This document shows positions 22,364-32,749 of a DNA stretch of 64,000 nt, in pieces (position 1 is the stretch's first letter; every line of letters starts with the position of its first letter). Made by a program: the position numbers and the translations under genes. Below the pieces are notes generated by a model. That model was not told the DNA's origin. It did not search any database and was given only the letters and a program-made list of their open reading frames with translations. The DNA is from a virus: the IMG/VR virus record IMGVR_UViG_3300009180_000022; one strand, given 5' to 3'.

Positions 22364-22364
22364 A

Positions 22365-23015
22365 ATGAAACTAATAGCAGAATTACACGAAGATGTAAGC
22401 TACCTGGTCGAAGATGCAGGTAACGGCAAGAAGAGCTACTTCATTGAAGGAGTCTTCTTACAAGGTGATCTTAAGAACAGAAATGGTCGTGTATATCGTA
22501 CAGAGACTCTTGATAAAGAAGTAAATAGATATAACAAAGAATATGTGCTTGAGAATCGTGCTTTTGGTGAACTAGGTCATCCAGCTGGACCTACTCTAAA
22601 TTTAGAGAGAGTATCTCACATGATTAAATCCCTTGATCGCGATGGAAGTAATTTCATTGGTAAGGCTAAGATCATGGATACACCATATGGCAACATCGTA
22701 AAGAATCTAATGGATGAAGGCGCCAAACTAGGTGTTTCTTCTCGTGGTATGGGTTCGTTACAAATGAATAAAGAAGGTGTAATGGAAGTACAGGATGACT
22801 TCTATCTTGCAACTGCGGCTGATATTGTAGCTGATCCTTCTGCTCCTGATGCTTTTGTTAGAGGCATCATGGAAGGCGTTGAATGGGTCTGGGATTCGGG
22901 AGTACTTAAAGCGCAGAAGTTAGAAGAGATTAAGCAAGAAATAAAGCGCACTCCTTCTCGCCGCCTTGACGAAGCAAAGCTACAAGCATTTAAGAGTTTC
23001 TTAAATTCGCTGTAA
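22365..23015 (+). CDS. gp21: Prohead protease
   Basis: Start MKLIAE at 22365; NRNGRVY, GELGHP, GVSSRGMGSL, DIVADPSAPDAFV. Confidence 0.95.
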   Translation: MKLIAELHEDVSYLVEDAGNGKKSYFIEGVFLQGDLKNRNGRVYRTETLDKEVNRYNKEYVLENRAFGELGHPAGPTLNLERVSHMIKSLDRDGSNFIGKAKIMDTPYGNIVKNLMDEGAKLGVSSRGMGSLQMNKEGVMEVQDDFYLATAADIVADPSAPDAFVRGIMEGVEWVWDSGVLKAQKLEEIKQEIKRTPSRRLDEAKLQAFKSFLNSL

Positions 23016-23023
23016 TATAAATA
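23016..23023 (+). promoter_or_regulatory. Late promoter before gp22
   Basis: Exact TATAAATA, intergenic. Confidence 0.85.
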
Positions 23024-23050
23024 AAAGTACAATCCAAACAGGAGAACCCA

Positions 23051-24022
23051 ATGACCCTAAAATTAAATAAAAGAGATCTTCAAGAAAAGATGTCAGCAAC
23101 CGAGCCAGTAGGTGGTGGAGCAACAGGTGCATCTAATGCAGCTGACCCAACCGGAGTAAGAGCCAAAGCGCCAGGCAACTCAAAAATTCAAGGCGACCTT
23201 ACACCTGAAAAATGTGAAGGTGAGACTGAAGTAACAAATCCAGAAAACAATACCAAGCCAACCGGTGACAATTCAGCTAAAAACAAATCATCTGTCTCTA
23301 TGAAAGAAGACATGGCTATTATGTTTGATGGTGAAGATCTATCAGAAGAATTTAAAGAGAAAGCAACCACATTCTTTGAAGCTGCTGTTAATGCACGCCT
23401 ACAAGAAGAAGTTACACGTATTGAAGAAGAGTACAGCAATTCCCTAACAGAACAAGTTACAGAGATTGCTGAAGAACTATCTACCAAGCTTAACGATTAT
23501 CTAAACCACGTTGTTGAGTCATGGATGGAAGAGAACGAAGTCGCTATTGAGTCATCTCTACGTTCTGAAATCACAGAAGAATTCATCGAAGGTCTTAAGA
23601 ATCTGTGCGTTGAGCACTATATTGACCTTCCAGAAGAAAAAGTTAGTGTTGTAGAAGAGCTTGCACTTCAGGTTGAAGAACTAACTACCAAGCTTAACAC
23701 CTCTATTGATGCACAAATTGAACTAAAGAAACAAATTGATGAACAAGCAATGCAAATCGTATTCAGCGAAGTTTCTGAAGGTCTAGCTGATACACAAGCA
23801 GACAAGTTCAAGACTCTTGCCGAAGGTGTAGAGTTCAATGGTGTTGATGCATACAAGAAGAAACTTGAAGTAGTTAAAGAAAGTTACTTCACAGGTAAGA
23901 AGTCTCCTCAACTAATCGTTGAAGGTGAAATCGATTCTGCTGAGTATATTGAACCTACTGCTCCTGTAACTGGACCTGTTGCTAACTACGTTAGAGCAAT
24001 CTCTAGAACAGTCAAGAAATAA
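23051..24022 (+). CDS. gp22: Prohead scaffolding protein
   Basis: LSEEFKEKA.T.FEAAV, YLNHVVESWMEEN, KESYF; acidic coiled coil between gp21 and gp23. Confidence 0.92.
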   Translation: MTLKLNKRDLQEKMSATEPVGGGATGASNAADPTGVRAKAPGNSKIQGDLTPEKCEGETEVTNPENNTKPTGDNSAKNKSSVSMKEDMAIMFDGEDLSEEFKEKATTFFEAAVNARLQEEVTRIEEEYSNSLTEQVTEIAEELSTKLNDYLNHVVESWMEENEVAIESSLRSEITEEFIEGLKNLCVEHYIDLPEEKVSVVEELALQVEELTTKLNTSIDAQIELKKQIDEQAMQIVFSEVSEGLADTQADKFKTLAEGVEFNGVDAYKKKLEVVKESYFTGKKSPQLIVEGEIDSAEYIEPTAPVTGPVANYVRAISRTVKK

Positions 24023-24026
24023 TTTT

Positions 24027-24034
24027 TATAAATA
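24027..24034 (+). promoter_or_regulatory. Late promoter before gp23
   Basis: Exact TATAAATA, intergenic. Confidence 0.85.
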
Positions 24035-24073
24035 AACTTAACCCGATAAATTTTAAACGGAAGGAAAATAAAT

Positions 24074-25453
24074 ATGTACTTAAATGAAGAAATTCAAAAG
24101 AAGTGGCAACCAGTTCTTGAGCATCCTGATCTAGACGCGATCAAGGATCCGCACAAGCGTTCGGTTACTGCTATTATTCTAGAAAACACTGAAAAGGCTC
24201 TTCGCGAAAGCGGCGGTCGCGTTGGTGGTCAGTCTCTTCTTGAAGCTAACCAACCAGTTAACGCAATGCAAGGTTCTAGCTCTGCAGCTGGCGATGGCGC
24301 AGTTGACATTTTCGATCCTGTGCTTATCAGCCTGGTTCGTCGTTCGATGCCTAACCTAATTGCTTATGATGTTTGCGGCGTTCAGCCAATGACAGGTCCT
24401 ACAGGTCTTATCTTCGCAATGCGTGCTCGTTACAGCAACCAAGCTGGAACCGAAACATTCTACGGTGAAGTTAATACTGCATTCTCTTCTAGCCTGACTG
24501 GTGCTAACACCTTCGGTCTAAAGAATGCTGGTAACCTACCAGGTAATACAACTATTACTCTTGGTGCTGATATGGTTTCTAACGGACTATACAACACCGG
24601 AACTGGTATGTCTACATCGACAGCTGAATATCTTGGTTCTAACGCATCCTTAGTATTCCCACAAATGGCTTTCTCTATCGAGAAGGTTACTGTAACTGCT
24701 AAGTCTCGCGCGCTAAAAGCTGAGTACTCAATGGAACTTGCGCAAGACTTACGCGCTGTTCATGGACTAGATGCTGAAACAGAACTGTCTAACATTCTGT
24801 CTTCAGAAATTCTTGCTGAAATTAATCGTGAAGTTATCCGTACAATCAATATCACTGCTACTCGTGGTGCTACTGAGAATACTACTAACACCGGTATTTT
24901 CGACCTTGACACCGATTCTAACGGTCGTTGGTCAGTTGAGAAGTTCAAGGGTCTTATGTTCCAAGTGGAACGTGAAGCAAATCAAATTGCTAAGGGAACT
25001 CGTCGTGGTAAGGGTAACATCATTATCTGTTCTTCAGACGTTGCGTCTGCCCTACAGATGGCCGGTGTTCTTGACTACGCTCCTGCTCTAAATAGCAACA
25101 ACCTGAATGTTGATGATACTGGCAACACATTCGCCGGTGTTCTAAACGGACGTATCCGTGTATATGTTGATCCATATGCTGGTGGTCAAAATAGTGCTTC
25201 CGGTCAGTATCTGACTGTAGGTTACAAAGGTTCTAGCGCATTTGATGCTGGTCTGTTCTATTGCCCATATGTGCCTCTACAAATGGTTCGTGCGGTTGAT
25301 CAAGATACATTCCAACCAAAGATTGGTTTCAAAACTCGTTACGGTATGGTATCAAATCCATTCGCTGACGGTTCATCTGCAACCACTCAAGGTGCATTAA
25401 CTGCTGATACAAACGTTTACTATCGTCGTATCATTGTTGCAAACCTGATGTAA
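24074..25453 (+). CDS. gp23: Major capsid protein
   Basis: LVRRSMPNLIAYDVCGVQPMTGPTGLIFAMR, KSRALKAEYSMELAQDL, FQPKIGFKTRYG. Confidence 0.98.
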   Translation: MYLNEEIQKKWQPVLEHPDLDAIKDPHKRSVTAIILENTEKALRESGGRVGGQSLLEANQPVNAMQGSSSAAGDGAVDIFDPVLISLVRRSMPNLIAYDVCGVQPMTGPTGLIFAMRARYSNQAGTETFYGEVNTAFSSSLTGANTFGLKNAGNLPGNTTITLGADMVSNGLYNTGTGMSTSTAEYLGSNASLVFPQMAFSIEKVTVTAKSRALKAEYSMELAQDLRAVHGLDAETELSNILSSEILAEINREVIRTINITATRGATENTTNTGIFDLDTDSNGRWSVEKFKGLMFQVEREANQIAKGTRRGKGNIIICSSDVASALQMAGVLDYAPALNSNNLNVDDTGNTFAGVLNGRIRVYVDPYAGGQNSASGQYLTVGYKGSSAFDAGLFYCPYVPLQMVRAVDQDTFQPKIGFKTRYGMVSNPFADGSSATTQGALTADTNVYYRRIIVANLM

Positions 25454-25488
25454 TCTTAAGAATAATAATAATTACATTCTTGCAAACT

Positions 25489-25517
25489 TAAAAGGGCTCC
25501 GCAGAGCCCTTTTTTTA
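25489..25517 (+). terminator. Rho-independent terminator after gp23
   Basis: AAAGGGCTC-cgca-GAGCCCTTT then T run. Confidence 0.9.
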
Positions 25518-25565
25518 TGAGATAAATATATTTACTAACTAGTAAATAATGAGGTTATATAAAAT

Positions 25566-26084
25566 ATGTCAGCTACCGATAGATTACCATCAAACAAAAA
25601 CTTTCTTTCTCCTCTTGGGTTTAACTTCTCCATATACAAAACTCCCGGGCTGAATTATTTCGTTCAACAAGCAAGCATCCCTTCTATTACGATTGGCCGT
25701 GCCGAAGTAAACACACCATTCAATGTACTGAAGTATCCAGGTGATAAGGTAGATTATAGTGATCTGACTATTGTGTTTAGGGTAGATGAAGAGTTGCGTA
25801 ATTACATGGAGCTGTATACATGGCTTACAAGCATTACACGTAATGGAGGATTTACTGGATATAAGAGATTGACTGATGCTGCAGTCGGTGAGGGTGTTTT
25901 CTCTGATGCCGTTCTTACTGTAATGTCTAGCTCAAAGAACACCATTGCTCTTGTTAATTACATAAACCTTTATCCTACATCTCTATCTGAACTTACGTTT
26001 GATTCAAGAATGGAAGATGTGTCATACATTGAAGCTACAGTAAACTTTACGTATCAGTCATTCAATATCGAATACTTGATCTAA
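25566..26084 (+). CDS. gp3: Tail tube terminator/completion protein gp3
   Basis: NFLSP.GF.F, PGDKV.Y..L...F.VDE...NY.E...W, SDAVL, YPTSLS; position after gp23. Confidence 0.85.
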   Translation: MSATDRLPSNKNFLSPLGFNFSIYKTPGLNYFVQQASIPSITIGRAEVNTPFNVLKYPGDKVDYSDLTIVFRVDEELRNYMELYTWLTSITRNGGFTGYKRLTDAAVGEGVFSDAVLTVMSSSKNTIALVNYINLYPTSLSELTFDSRMEDVSYIEATVNFTYQSFNIEYLI

Positions 26085-26104
26085 GGCAGTACATACTATA
26101 CAAT
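26076..26104 (+). promoter_or_regulatory. Sigma70-like promoter before uvsY
   Basis: TTGATC-17 bp-TACAAT. Confidence 0.5.
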
Positions 26105-26133
26105 ACCTATGTGTTGATTGATAGGACTATATT

Positions 26134-26568
26134 ATGAAGATTGAAGAATTGCATCAGTTATGGGAGAAAGATGCCGGTATTGATCGTACTGAGTTAGGTG
26201 AGGAAAGCCTTCGCATTCCTCAATTGCATTCAAAGTATTATAAGCTATACTCTGAAGAACGTACTACTCTAAGAAAGTGGGAGGTAGAGTTCAAACGTCT
26301 ATATAGAGAAAAGCACGAATACTACAACGGCGTGTTGAGTGAAGAAGAACTACGGTCTAACGGGTGGGAGCCATTCTCACTTCGTGTGCTAAAAACAGAC
26401 ATCCCGATGTACCTCGAGGCAGATAAAGACATTTCAAGAGGCAAGTCACTTATTGCCGCCCAACAAGACAAGGTTGAGTTTATTGAATCAATTATCAAGT
26501 CACTGCCTTCTCGTGGTTATCAGATCAATGCCGCTATAAGCTGGGAAAAGTTTAAAGTCGGCGCATGA
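26134..26568 (+). CDS. uvsY: Recombination mediator UvsY
   Basis: IPQLHSKY, YLEAD, RGYQINAAISW.KF..G; precedes uvsW. Confidence 0.88.
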   Translation: MKIEELHQLWEKDAGIDRTELGEESLRIPQLHSKYYKLYSEERTTLRKWEVEFKRLYREKHEYYNGVLSEEELRSNGWEPFSLRVLKTDIPMYLEADKDISRGKSLIAAQQDKVEFIESIIKSLPSRGYQINAAISWEKFKVGA

Positions 26569-28040
26569 GTATTATAGTATTATCCCGCATAGATGACGTT
26601 TATATAAGAGTTCATTGCGATTCTGATGTCGCATATGAGCTAAGTGAGTACTTTACGTTTAACGTGCCTGGTGCTAAGTTCTCACCCAAGTATAAAAATA
26701 AGATGTGGGATGGTAAAATACGGCTATACAGCGTTATGACTAAAAGGCTGTATACTGGACTTAGACTGTACGTTGAGATATTTGCAAGGGAAAGGGGATA
26801 TGAGATAGAATACCCTAGCCCAAATGATTTTTGTGATCAAGAGTACTCCTTAGTAGAAGCATTCGAGGATGCAAATAAGTATATAAAGAAGCCTGATATT
26901 GAGGTAAGAGGTTACCAGGCTGAAGCTTTCGCCCATGGCATAAGAACGAGGAGAGCGTTACTTCTATCTCCAACAGCATCCGGTAAGTCATTAATGATAT
27001 TTGCACTGTGTATGCATCTACTCAAGAACGATCCATCTAGAAAAGTATTAGTTATTGTTCCTACAACATCTCTAGTACATCAAATGGCTACAGACTTCGG
27101 GGACTATATCCAGGATGATTGCGATAAGTTTTGTCATCGAATTCTAGCAGGCGCCGAAAAATCTACCTCTAAACCAATCGTCATATCGACTTGGCAGTCA
27201 ATCTATAAACAACCCAAAGCCTGGTTCAATCAATTTCATACAGCAATTGGTGATGAGGCCCATCTATTCAAAGCTAAAAGCCTTACCGATATCATGTGTA
27301 AGCTTACCAATTGCCCTAACAAGTTTGGGTTTACTGGTACACTAGATGGAACAGAGACTCATAAGTTAGTGCTCGAAGGACTGTTTGGCCCGGTTAAAAA
27401 AGTAACCACAACAGCCGAACTAATAGAGAACAAGACATTATCATCGTTCAAGATCAAAGCCTTAGTACTTAACTACAGTGATGATATTCGTAAGCAGATA
27501 TCAAAGGCAACATACCCCGATGAAGTTGACTTTATAACTAATAATCAATTCCGTACAAAGTTCATAACAAACTTGGCGCTATCTCTAAAGGGTAACACTC
27601 TAATATTATTCAGACATAAAGCACACGGACATGCAATTCATGATGTGCTTAAAGATAAGATGAACAATCGCGAGCTCTACTACGTGGATGGAGACGTAGA
27701 CGGTGCTATTAGAGAAGATATAAGAAAGGAAGTAGAGGGGGTGCAAGACGGTATTATAGTAGCCTCACTAGGTACTTTCTCAACAGGTATAAATATTAAG
27801 AACTTGCACAACGTTGTATTTGCAAGTCCTTCGAAATCAAGGATTAAGGTATTACAGTCTATTGGCCGAGGTCTTAGAAAATTAATCAGTAAGAACGTAT
27901 TTACACTTTATGACGTCGCTGACGACCTAAGCTGGAAGTCTAACAAGAATCATACTATACTACACTTTGTTGAGCGTATAAAAATGTACAACGAAGAAAA
28001 ATTTGATTATAAAATTTATAATGTTGAGCTAAGGAATTAA
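26565..28040 (+). CDS. uvsW: SF2 DNA helicase UvsW
   Basis: WDGKIRL, SPTASGKS, DEAH, GFTGT, QSIGRGLR. Confidence 0.95.
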   Translation: MSIIVLSRIDDVYIRVHCDSDVAYELSEYFTFNVPGAKFSPKYKNKMWDGKIRLYSVMTKRLYTGLRLYVEIFARERGYEIEYPSPNDFCDQEYSLVEAFEDANKYIKKPDIEVRGYQAEAFAHGIRTRRALLLSPTASGKSLMIFALCMHLLKNDPSRKVLVIVPTTSLVHQMATDFGDYIQDDCDKFCHRILAGAEKSTSKPIVISTWQSIYKQPKAWFNQFHTAIGDEAHLFKAKSLTDIMCKLTNCPNKFGFTGTLDGTETHKLVLEGLFGPVKKVTTTAELIENKTLSSFKIKALVLNYSDDIRKQISKATYPDEVDFITNNQFRTKFITNLALSLKGNTLILFRHKAHGHAIHDVLKDKMNNRELYYVDGDVDGAIREDIRKEVEGVQDGIIVASLGTFSTGINIKNLHNVVFASPSKSRIKVLQSIGRGLRKLISKNVFTLYDVADDLSWKSNKNHTILHFVERIKMYNEEKFDYKIYNVELRN

Positions 28041-28042
28041 TA

Positions 28043-28426
28043 ATGGTTACGGTGTGTAAGTTACAATCAGGTAGTGAAATAGTTGGTACTATAATTGAAT
28101 CAACATCAAAAAGTATAACTATCAATAATCCCTTGCAGATTATGTACATAAGAAGACTGAATGGTCCGCCATCAGTCACACTACAACGTTATGTACCCTT
28201 CACATCACAAGAAGACCTTACAATAAGCCGTACCCATATTGAAGTTATGTGTGAGCCGATCCAAGGCCTTGAGCAGTACTATGTTAATACGCTTAAATCA
28301 ATCCAAGAGCATGTTGATCCAAGTCTAGTAACTGATCTTATGGACGCCAATGAACCTAAGAAATTTGAACATGACAGCTATATTGCCATGCTTGAGCAAT
28401 TAATGTCAAAGAAGCCACTGAATTAA
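28043..28426 (+). CDS. Conserved hypothetical protein between uvsW and gp55
   Basis: KLQSGSEIVG N-terminus (Sm-like pattern), conserved position in T4-like phages. Confidence 0.6.
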   Translation: MVTVCKLQSGSEIVGTIIESTSKSITINNPLQIMYIRRLNGPPSVTLQRYVPFTSQEDLTISRTHIEVMCEPIQGLEQYYVNTLKSIQEHVDPSLVTDLMDANEPKKFEHDSYIAMLEQLMSKKPLN

Positions 28427-28433
28427 GGATATT

Positions 28434-29006
28434 ATGAGTGATAACCACTATGTTGACAATAAGAAGCTATTAGAATCGATAACAGAATATAGAAATTTAG
28501 TTATTGAGTCTAAAACAAACGGTACCGTTAAGCCAAGGATACCTGACTATATCGGCAGGTGTATGTTGCTTATTGCCCAGAGATTATCACATAAGCCTAA
28601 CTTCATTAATTACTCATACCGTGAGGAGATGATTAGTGATGGTATAGAGAACTGTATTAGTTATATCGATAACTTTGATCCTTCCAAGTCAAACAATCCA
28701 TTTGCGTACTTTACACAGATTATATATTTTGCATTCCTTCGAAGAATTCAGAAAGAAAAGAAGCAGTTGTATGTAAAGCATAAGATGCTTGAAAACTCAT
28801 TGTTAATGAATACACTTATTTCCCAAGGTGAGCACGATGATGGAGAATTTACTCCAGCCTACATTGATATGGAAAATGAGAATATGAGTGACTTCATTAA
28901 CAATTTCGAGGAAGGGCTTGATAAGAAGAAAAAGCTTCGTAAGAAAGGCTTAGAAAAGTTTCTCGAGGAAGATATAGTCGCTGATATAGAGGAAGATGAA
29001 CAATGA
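28434..29006 (+). CDS. gp55: Late transcription sigma factor
   Basis: HYVDNK, PNFINYSYREEMISDGIENC, NPFAYFTQIIYFAFLRRIQKEK. Confidence 0.95.
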   Translation: MSDNHYVDNKKLLESITEYRNLVIESKTNGTVKPRIPDYIGRCMLLIAQRLSHKPNFINYSYREEMISDGIENCISYIDNFDPSKSNNPFAYFTQIIYFAFLRRIQKEKKQLYVKHKMLENSLLMNTLISQGEHDDGEFTPAYIDMENENMSDFINNFEEGLDKKKKLRKKGLEKFLEEDIVADIEEDEQ

Positions 29007-30067
29007 AGGTTGCAATTCTTGGTGACACCCATTTCGGAGCGCGCGGTGATAGTGCCCACTTTCATAAACTGTTTAAAAGATTTTACGATGAGGTCTTTTT
29101 TCCCTACCTAAAAGCAAACAGTATAGAGTATGTAATTCAACTAGGTGATGTTTTTGATAGACGTAAATACATTAACTATCAAACGTTGAGTAGTGCAAGG
29201 GAGTATTTCTTTGAGCCGTTAAATAGAGACTTTAAAAGCTGGCTGCTTGTTGGTAATCATGATACCTACTACAAGAACACCAACGAAGTTAATTCACTCG
29301 ACCTGTTATTACAGCAATATGAAAATATTCATCAAGTGCATTCGGCATGTGAGCTTGGACTTGAAGGTACATCCATTCTATTAGTACCCTGGATTGCACC
29401 TGATAACCAGATTGAAATACTTAACGATATGCAAACGTCACGCTCCCAGATATGTATGGGTCACTTTGAGATAAGTGGATTTGAGATGCATAAGGGCGCT
29501 GTATGTGATACAGGGCTTAACCGCGATGTGTTTGATAAGTTTGATCTAGTTATATCAGGTCACTTTCACACTAGGAGTATCCGTAATAACATCACATACA
29601 CAGGCACTCCCTATCAAATGACCTGGGCAGACTTTGATGATCCAAAAGGATTTCACATATTAGACACTAACACCAGGGAGATGGAGTTTATACCTAACCC
29701 TAATGTTATGTTCCATAAGGTATGGTATGATGACTTGAACAAAAGCATGACTGACGTTATTGTAGATGACTACACCCTGTATAAAGACTCAATCGTAAAA
29801 GTAATTATTAAAAATAAAACTAATCCTTATTGGTTTGATTTGTTTATCGAGCGTTTAGAGAAGTCAGGCCTATTAGATCTACAGGTCGTAGAAGATCACC
29901 TTAACCTTAACTTAGAAGATGATTCTGATATAGTTAATGAGGCAGAAGATACACTTACTATTCTTAATAAGTTTGTTGATCAGCTGGAACTCAAAGTTGA
30001 TAAACTAAAACTGGAAAGCCTACTACGTAACCTATACAATGAAGCGTTATCAATGGAGATTGCGTGA
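29003..30067 (+). CDS. gp47: Recombination nuclease (Mre11-like)
   Basis: GDTHFG, LGDVFDRR, GNHD, SGHFH metallophosphoesterase motifs. Confidence 0.95.
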   Translation: MKVAILGDTHFGARGDSAHFHKLFKRFYDEVFFPYLKANSIEYVIQLGDVFDRRKYINYQTLSSAREYFFEPLNRDFKSWLLVGNHDTYYKNTNEVNSLDLLLQQYENIHQVHSACELGLEGTSILLVPWIAPDNQIEILNDMQTSRSQICMGHFEISGFEMHKGAVCDTGLNRDVFDKFDLVISGHFHTRSIRNNITYTGTPYQMTWADFDDPKGFHILDTNTREMEFIPNPNVMFHKVWYDDLNKSMTDVIVDDYTLYKDSIVKVIIKNKTNPYWFDLFIERLEKSGLLDLQVVEDHLNLNLEDDSDIVNEAEDTLTILNKFVDQLELKVDKLKLESLLRNLYNEALSMEIA

Positions 30068-31779
30068 TATTTTTTAAAACTATAAGATGGAAAAACTTTC
30101 TTAGTACTGGCAACACATTTACTGAGATTGACTTTACAAAACATAAGTCAACACTTATTATTGGTGAGAACGGCGCCGGTAAATCTACCCTACTGGATGC
30201 GTTGTGCTTTGCGCTCTACGGTAAGCCGTTTAGAAAGATTAATAAGCCTCAGTTGGTTAACTCCATTAATGGTAAGGCACTTGAGGTAGAAGTTGAATTT
30301 AGTATTGGTAAAAGAGAATATAAAGTAAGGCGTGGTATAAAGCCTGCTATCTTTGAAATCTATCAAGATGGCAAGGTAATTAACCAGGATGCTGAATCGC
30401 GAGACTATCAGGAGATGTTTGAGCGTAGCATTATTAAGCTAAGCCATAAATCGTTCTCTCAGATCGTCATCCTCGGTAGTGCAGCGTTTGTACCATTCAT
30501 GCAGTTGTCTGCAATGAACCGCAGAGAAGTCATTGAGGACTTACTGGATATACAGATATTCTCTACTATGAACACCCTACTCAAGGGCAAACTATCAACC
30601 AACAGGGATAACGCTATTAGTGCCGACTTCAATACAAAGAGTACTGGTGAGAAGATTGAACTGTATAAGAAGCATATTGAGTCATTAAAGCAGAACAATG
30701 AAGAGTTAGTCAATCAGAAAAAGGTAAAGGTTACCGAGCTTTCTACCAGCATTGAAAATACAAATAAAACGATTGAATTACTGCAAACTGAAATAGAGGG
30801 GTTGTCAAGTAGTATTAGTGATCAAGACAAAGTACGATCAAGGCTGGAAAAAATCCGAGATATATCAAGACAGGTTGACCTTCGGTTAGAGAAACTACGC
30901 AAAGAGACGCAATTCTTCACATCGCATGATGACTGCCCAACCTGCCGTCAAGGAATTGCACATGATCACAAGTCTTCTATTATTGAGAAAAGCAATAGTC
31001 AAATTACTGAGGTTGAAGCAGGTAAACAAAAAATCACAGAAGAACTGGATAGTATTAATACCAGACTTACAGACATCTCAAGTGTATCCACTACTATTTC
31101 TACTAAGAATAGAGAAGTGTCAGATTTACTAATACAGTGCCGTACATGGGCATCGTTCATTGAAGATATAAAGAAGGAGATAGAGGCGCTAAACACCTCT
31201 AATAAGCAAATAGAGTCTAATAATGAAGAGCTGAAAGAGTTGAAAGATCAACTTAAGACCTTGATTAATCAGAAGGAAACACTTATACTTGAGAAACAAG
31301 TGCTAGATGTTGCCAATACTCTACTTAAAGATTCAGGTATAAAGACAAAGATCATTAAGCAGTATGTTCCTATTATGAATAAATTAGTTAACAAGTATCT
31401 TGCATCGATGGATTTTTTTGTTAACTTTGAATTAAACGAGTCGTTTGAAGAAACAATCAAATCAAGGTTTAGGGATGCATTTAGCTATGAGTCGTTTAGT
31501 GAAGGTGAAAAGTCACGTATCGATTTAGCGTTGTTATTTACATGGCGTGCAGTAGCTAAGTTACGTAATAGTGCATCTACTAACTTGCTTATCTTGGATG
31601 AGGTGTTTGATAGCTCAATGGACGTGCAAGGGAGTGATGAACTGATGAAGATATTGCAAACCCTGGCTGGTGATACAAACGTATTTGTTATTAGTCATAA
31701 GACTGATCAGCTGGTAGATAAGTTTAATAATGTAATTAGATTTGAAAAACACAAGAACTTTTCAAGAATGTGTAATTAA
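30064..31779 (+). CDS. gp46: Recombination ATPase (Rad50-like)
   Basis: GENGAGKST, zinc hook CPTC, FSEGEK signature, LILDEVFD. Confidence 0.96.
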   Translation: MIFFKTIRWKNFLSTGNTFTEIDFTKHKSTLIIGENGAGKSTLLDALCFALYGKPFRKINKPQLVNSINGKALEVEVEFSIGKREYKVRRGIKPAIFEIYQDGKVINQDAESRDYQEMFERSIIKLSHKSFSQIVILGSAAFVPFMQLSAMNRREVIEDLLDIQIFSTMNTLLKGKLSTNRDNAISADFNTKSTGEKIELYKKHIESLKQNNEELVNQKKVKVTELSTSIENTNKTIELLQTEIEGLSSSISDQDKVRSRLEKIRDISRQVDLRLEKLRKETQFFTSHDDCPTCRQGIAHDHKSSIIEKSNSQITEVEAGKQKITEELDSINTRLTDISSVSTTISTKNREVSDLLIQCRTWASFIEDIKKEIEALNTSNKQIESNNEELKELKDQLKTLINQKETLILEKQVLDVANTLLKDSGIKTKIIKQYVPIMNKLVNKYLASMDFFVNFELNESFEETIKSRFRDAFSYESFSEGEKSRIDLALLFTWRAVAKLRNSASTNLLILDEVFDSSMDVQGSDELMKILQTLAGDTNVFVISHKTDQLVDKFNNVIRFEKHKNFSRMCN

Positions 31780-31791
31780 TAAAGGATTAAT

Positions 31792-32022
31792 ATGGCGACA
31801 TTTTTATCGGAATTTGTTGATGGTGGGCCTACATGTAGTAGAGATGATTGCATGATTCAAGATCAAGGTGGAACCTCTACTATGGCATACTTCCCACCCA
31901 TCTATAACAACAACAATGTTAATATCAATCCTGATATGAACACTCAAACCTATAACAGAAGATGCCTTGCATGTGGTAAGGCCTGGACGGAGACATGGCA
32001 AAATGGTTCTAAAATTAGTTGA
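31792..32022 (+). CDS. Hypothetical Cys-containing protein
   Basis: AAGGA RBS; C-x4-C and C-x2-C pairs. Confidence 0.55.
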   Translation: MATFLSEFVDGGPTCSRDDCMIQDQGGTSTMAYFPPIYNNNNVNINPDMNTQTYNRRCLACGKAWTETWQNGSKIS

Positions 32023-32521
32023 TCCTTCTAGTGCAATTCTTAGTGAAAAAGTTCCTACTTTTGACTTTAAGAACCCACCCGTTAACTCTATGGAACTAGC
32101 AAGAGACTTGCTAGAAACTCTTATTGATAGAAAGTGTATGGGGCTATCAGCTAATGAATGCGGTCTCCCTTATCGTGTGAGTGTATTTCGTACAGAGGAT
32201 CCACTTGTTATGTTTAATCCTCGCATCATTGATGAAACTACTGAACACATTATGCTTGAAGAAACCTGTGCATCAAACACAAACATGATTGTCAAGATCA
32301 AAAGACCAAAGATCGTTAAGGTTCGCTATCAAGACGCAACTGGTGAGTTTCATACAGAGAAGTTTATTGGCATAACAGCACGTGCGATCTTACACGAGCT
32401 TGACCATCTCAACGGAATCAACTATACTAGACGTGCGCACCCGGTACATCTATCGCGTGCACAAAACAAAAAGAAACATCTCGATAGACAAGTAGCACGT
32501 GAATTAAAGCTAGCTATATAA
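32003..32521 (+). CDS. def: Peptide deformylase-like protein (divergent motifs)
   Basis: GLSANECG, FNPRII, EETCAS, HELDHLNG correspond to the three PDF motifs. Confidence 0.85.
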   Translation: MVLKLVDPSSAILSEKVPTFDFKNPPVNSMELARDLLETLIDRKCMGLSANECGLPYRVSVFRTEDPLVMFNPRIIDETTEHIMLEETCASNTNMIVKIKRPKIVKVRYQDATGEFHTEKFIGITARAILHELDHLNGINYTRRAHPVHLSRAQNKKKHLDRQVARELKLAI

Positions 32522-32572
32522 TCTATCGCTGATAATGGCGAACGGGCCTTCCCGTATAACTAGGAGTTAGTA

Positions 32573-32749
32573 ATGTTTAAATTCAAAGAGGCTTTGACGC
32601 CCGATCCAACCCTGCATCGTAACATCAGCTTTGCCAAAAGCGCACTACGAATCTTTGCAGGTATCTTCCTTGCCATTGGTATTTACTCTATCGCAGGCCT
32701 TCTTGTGATCGCTGCTGAGGTGCTTGGAGTAGTAGAGGAGCTCGTTTAA
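32573..32749 (+). CDS. Small membrane protein (58 aa, absent from ORF track)
   Basis: TAGGAG RBS; MFKFKEALTPDPTLHRNISFAKSALRIFAGIFLAIGIYSIAGLLVIAAEVLGVVEELV; stop overlaps queE start. Confidence 0.7.
   Translation: MFKFKEALTPDPTLHRNISFAKSALRIFAGIFLAIGIYSIAGLLVIAAEVLGVVEELV

Noticed and set aside
14570-31779. Inteins or introns in terminase, portal, capsid, UvsW, gp46/47
   Set aside because: Lengths are ordinary and motifs contiguous; no splicing motifs seen
32522-32572. preQ1 riboswitch upstream of the que genes
   Set aside because: Only short hairpins (ACGGG-cctt-CCCGT); loop and A-rich tail do not fit the preQ1-I pattern
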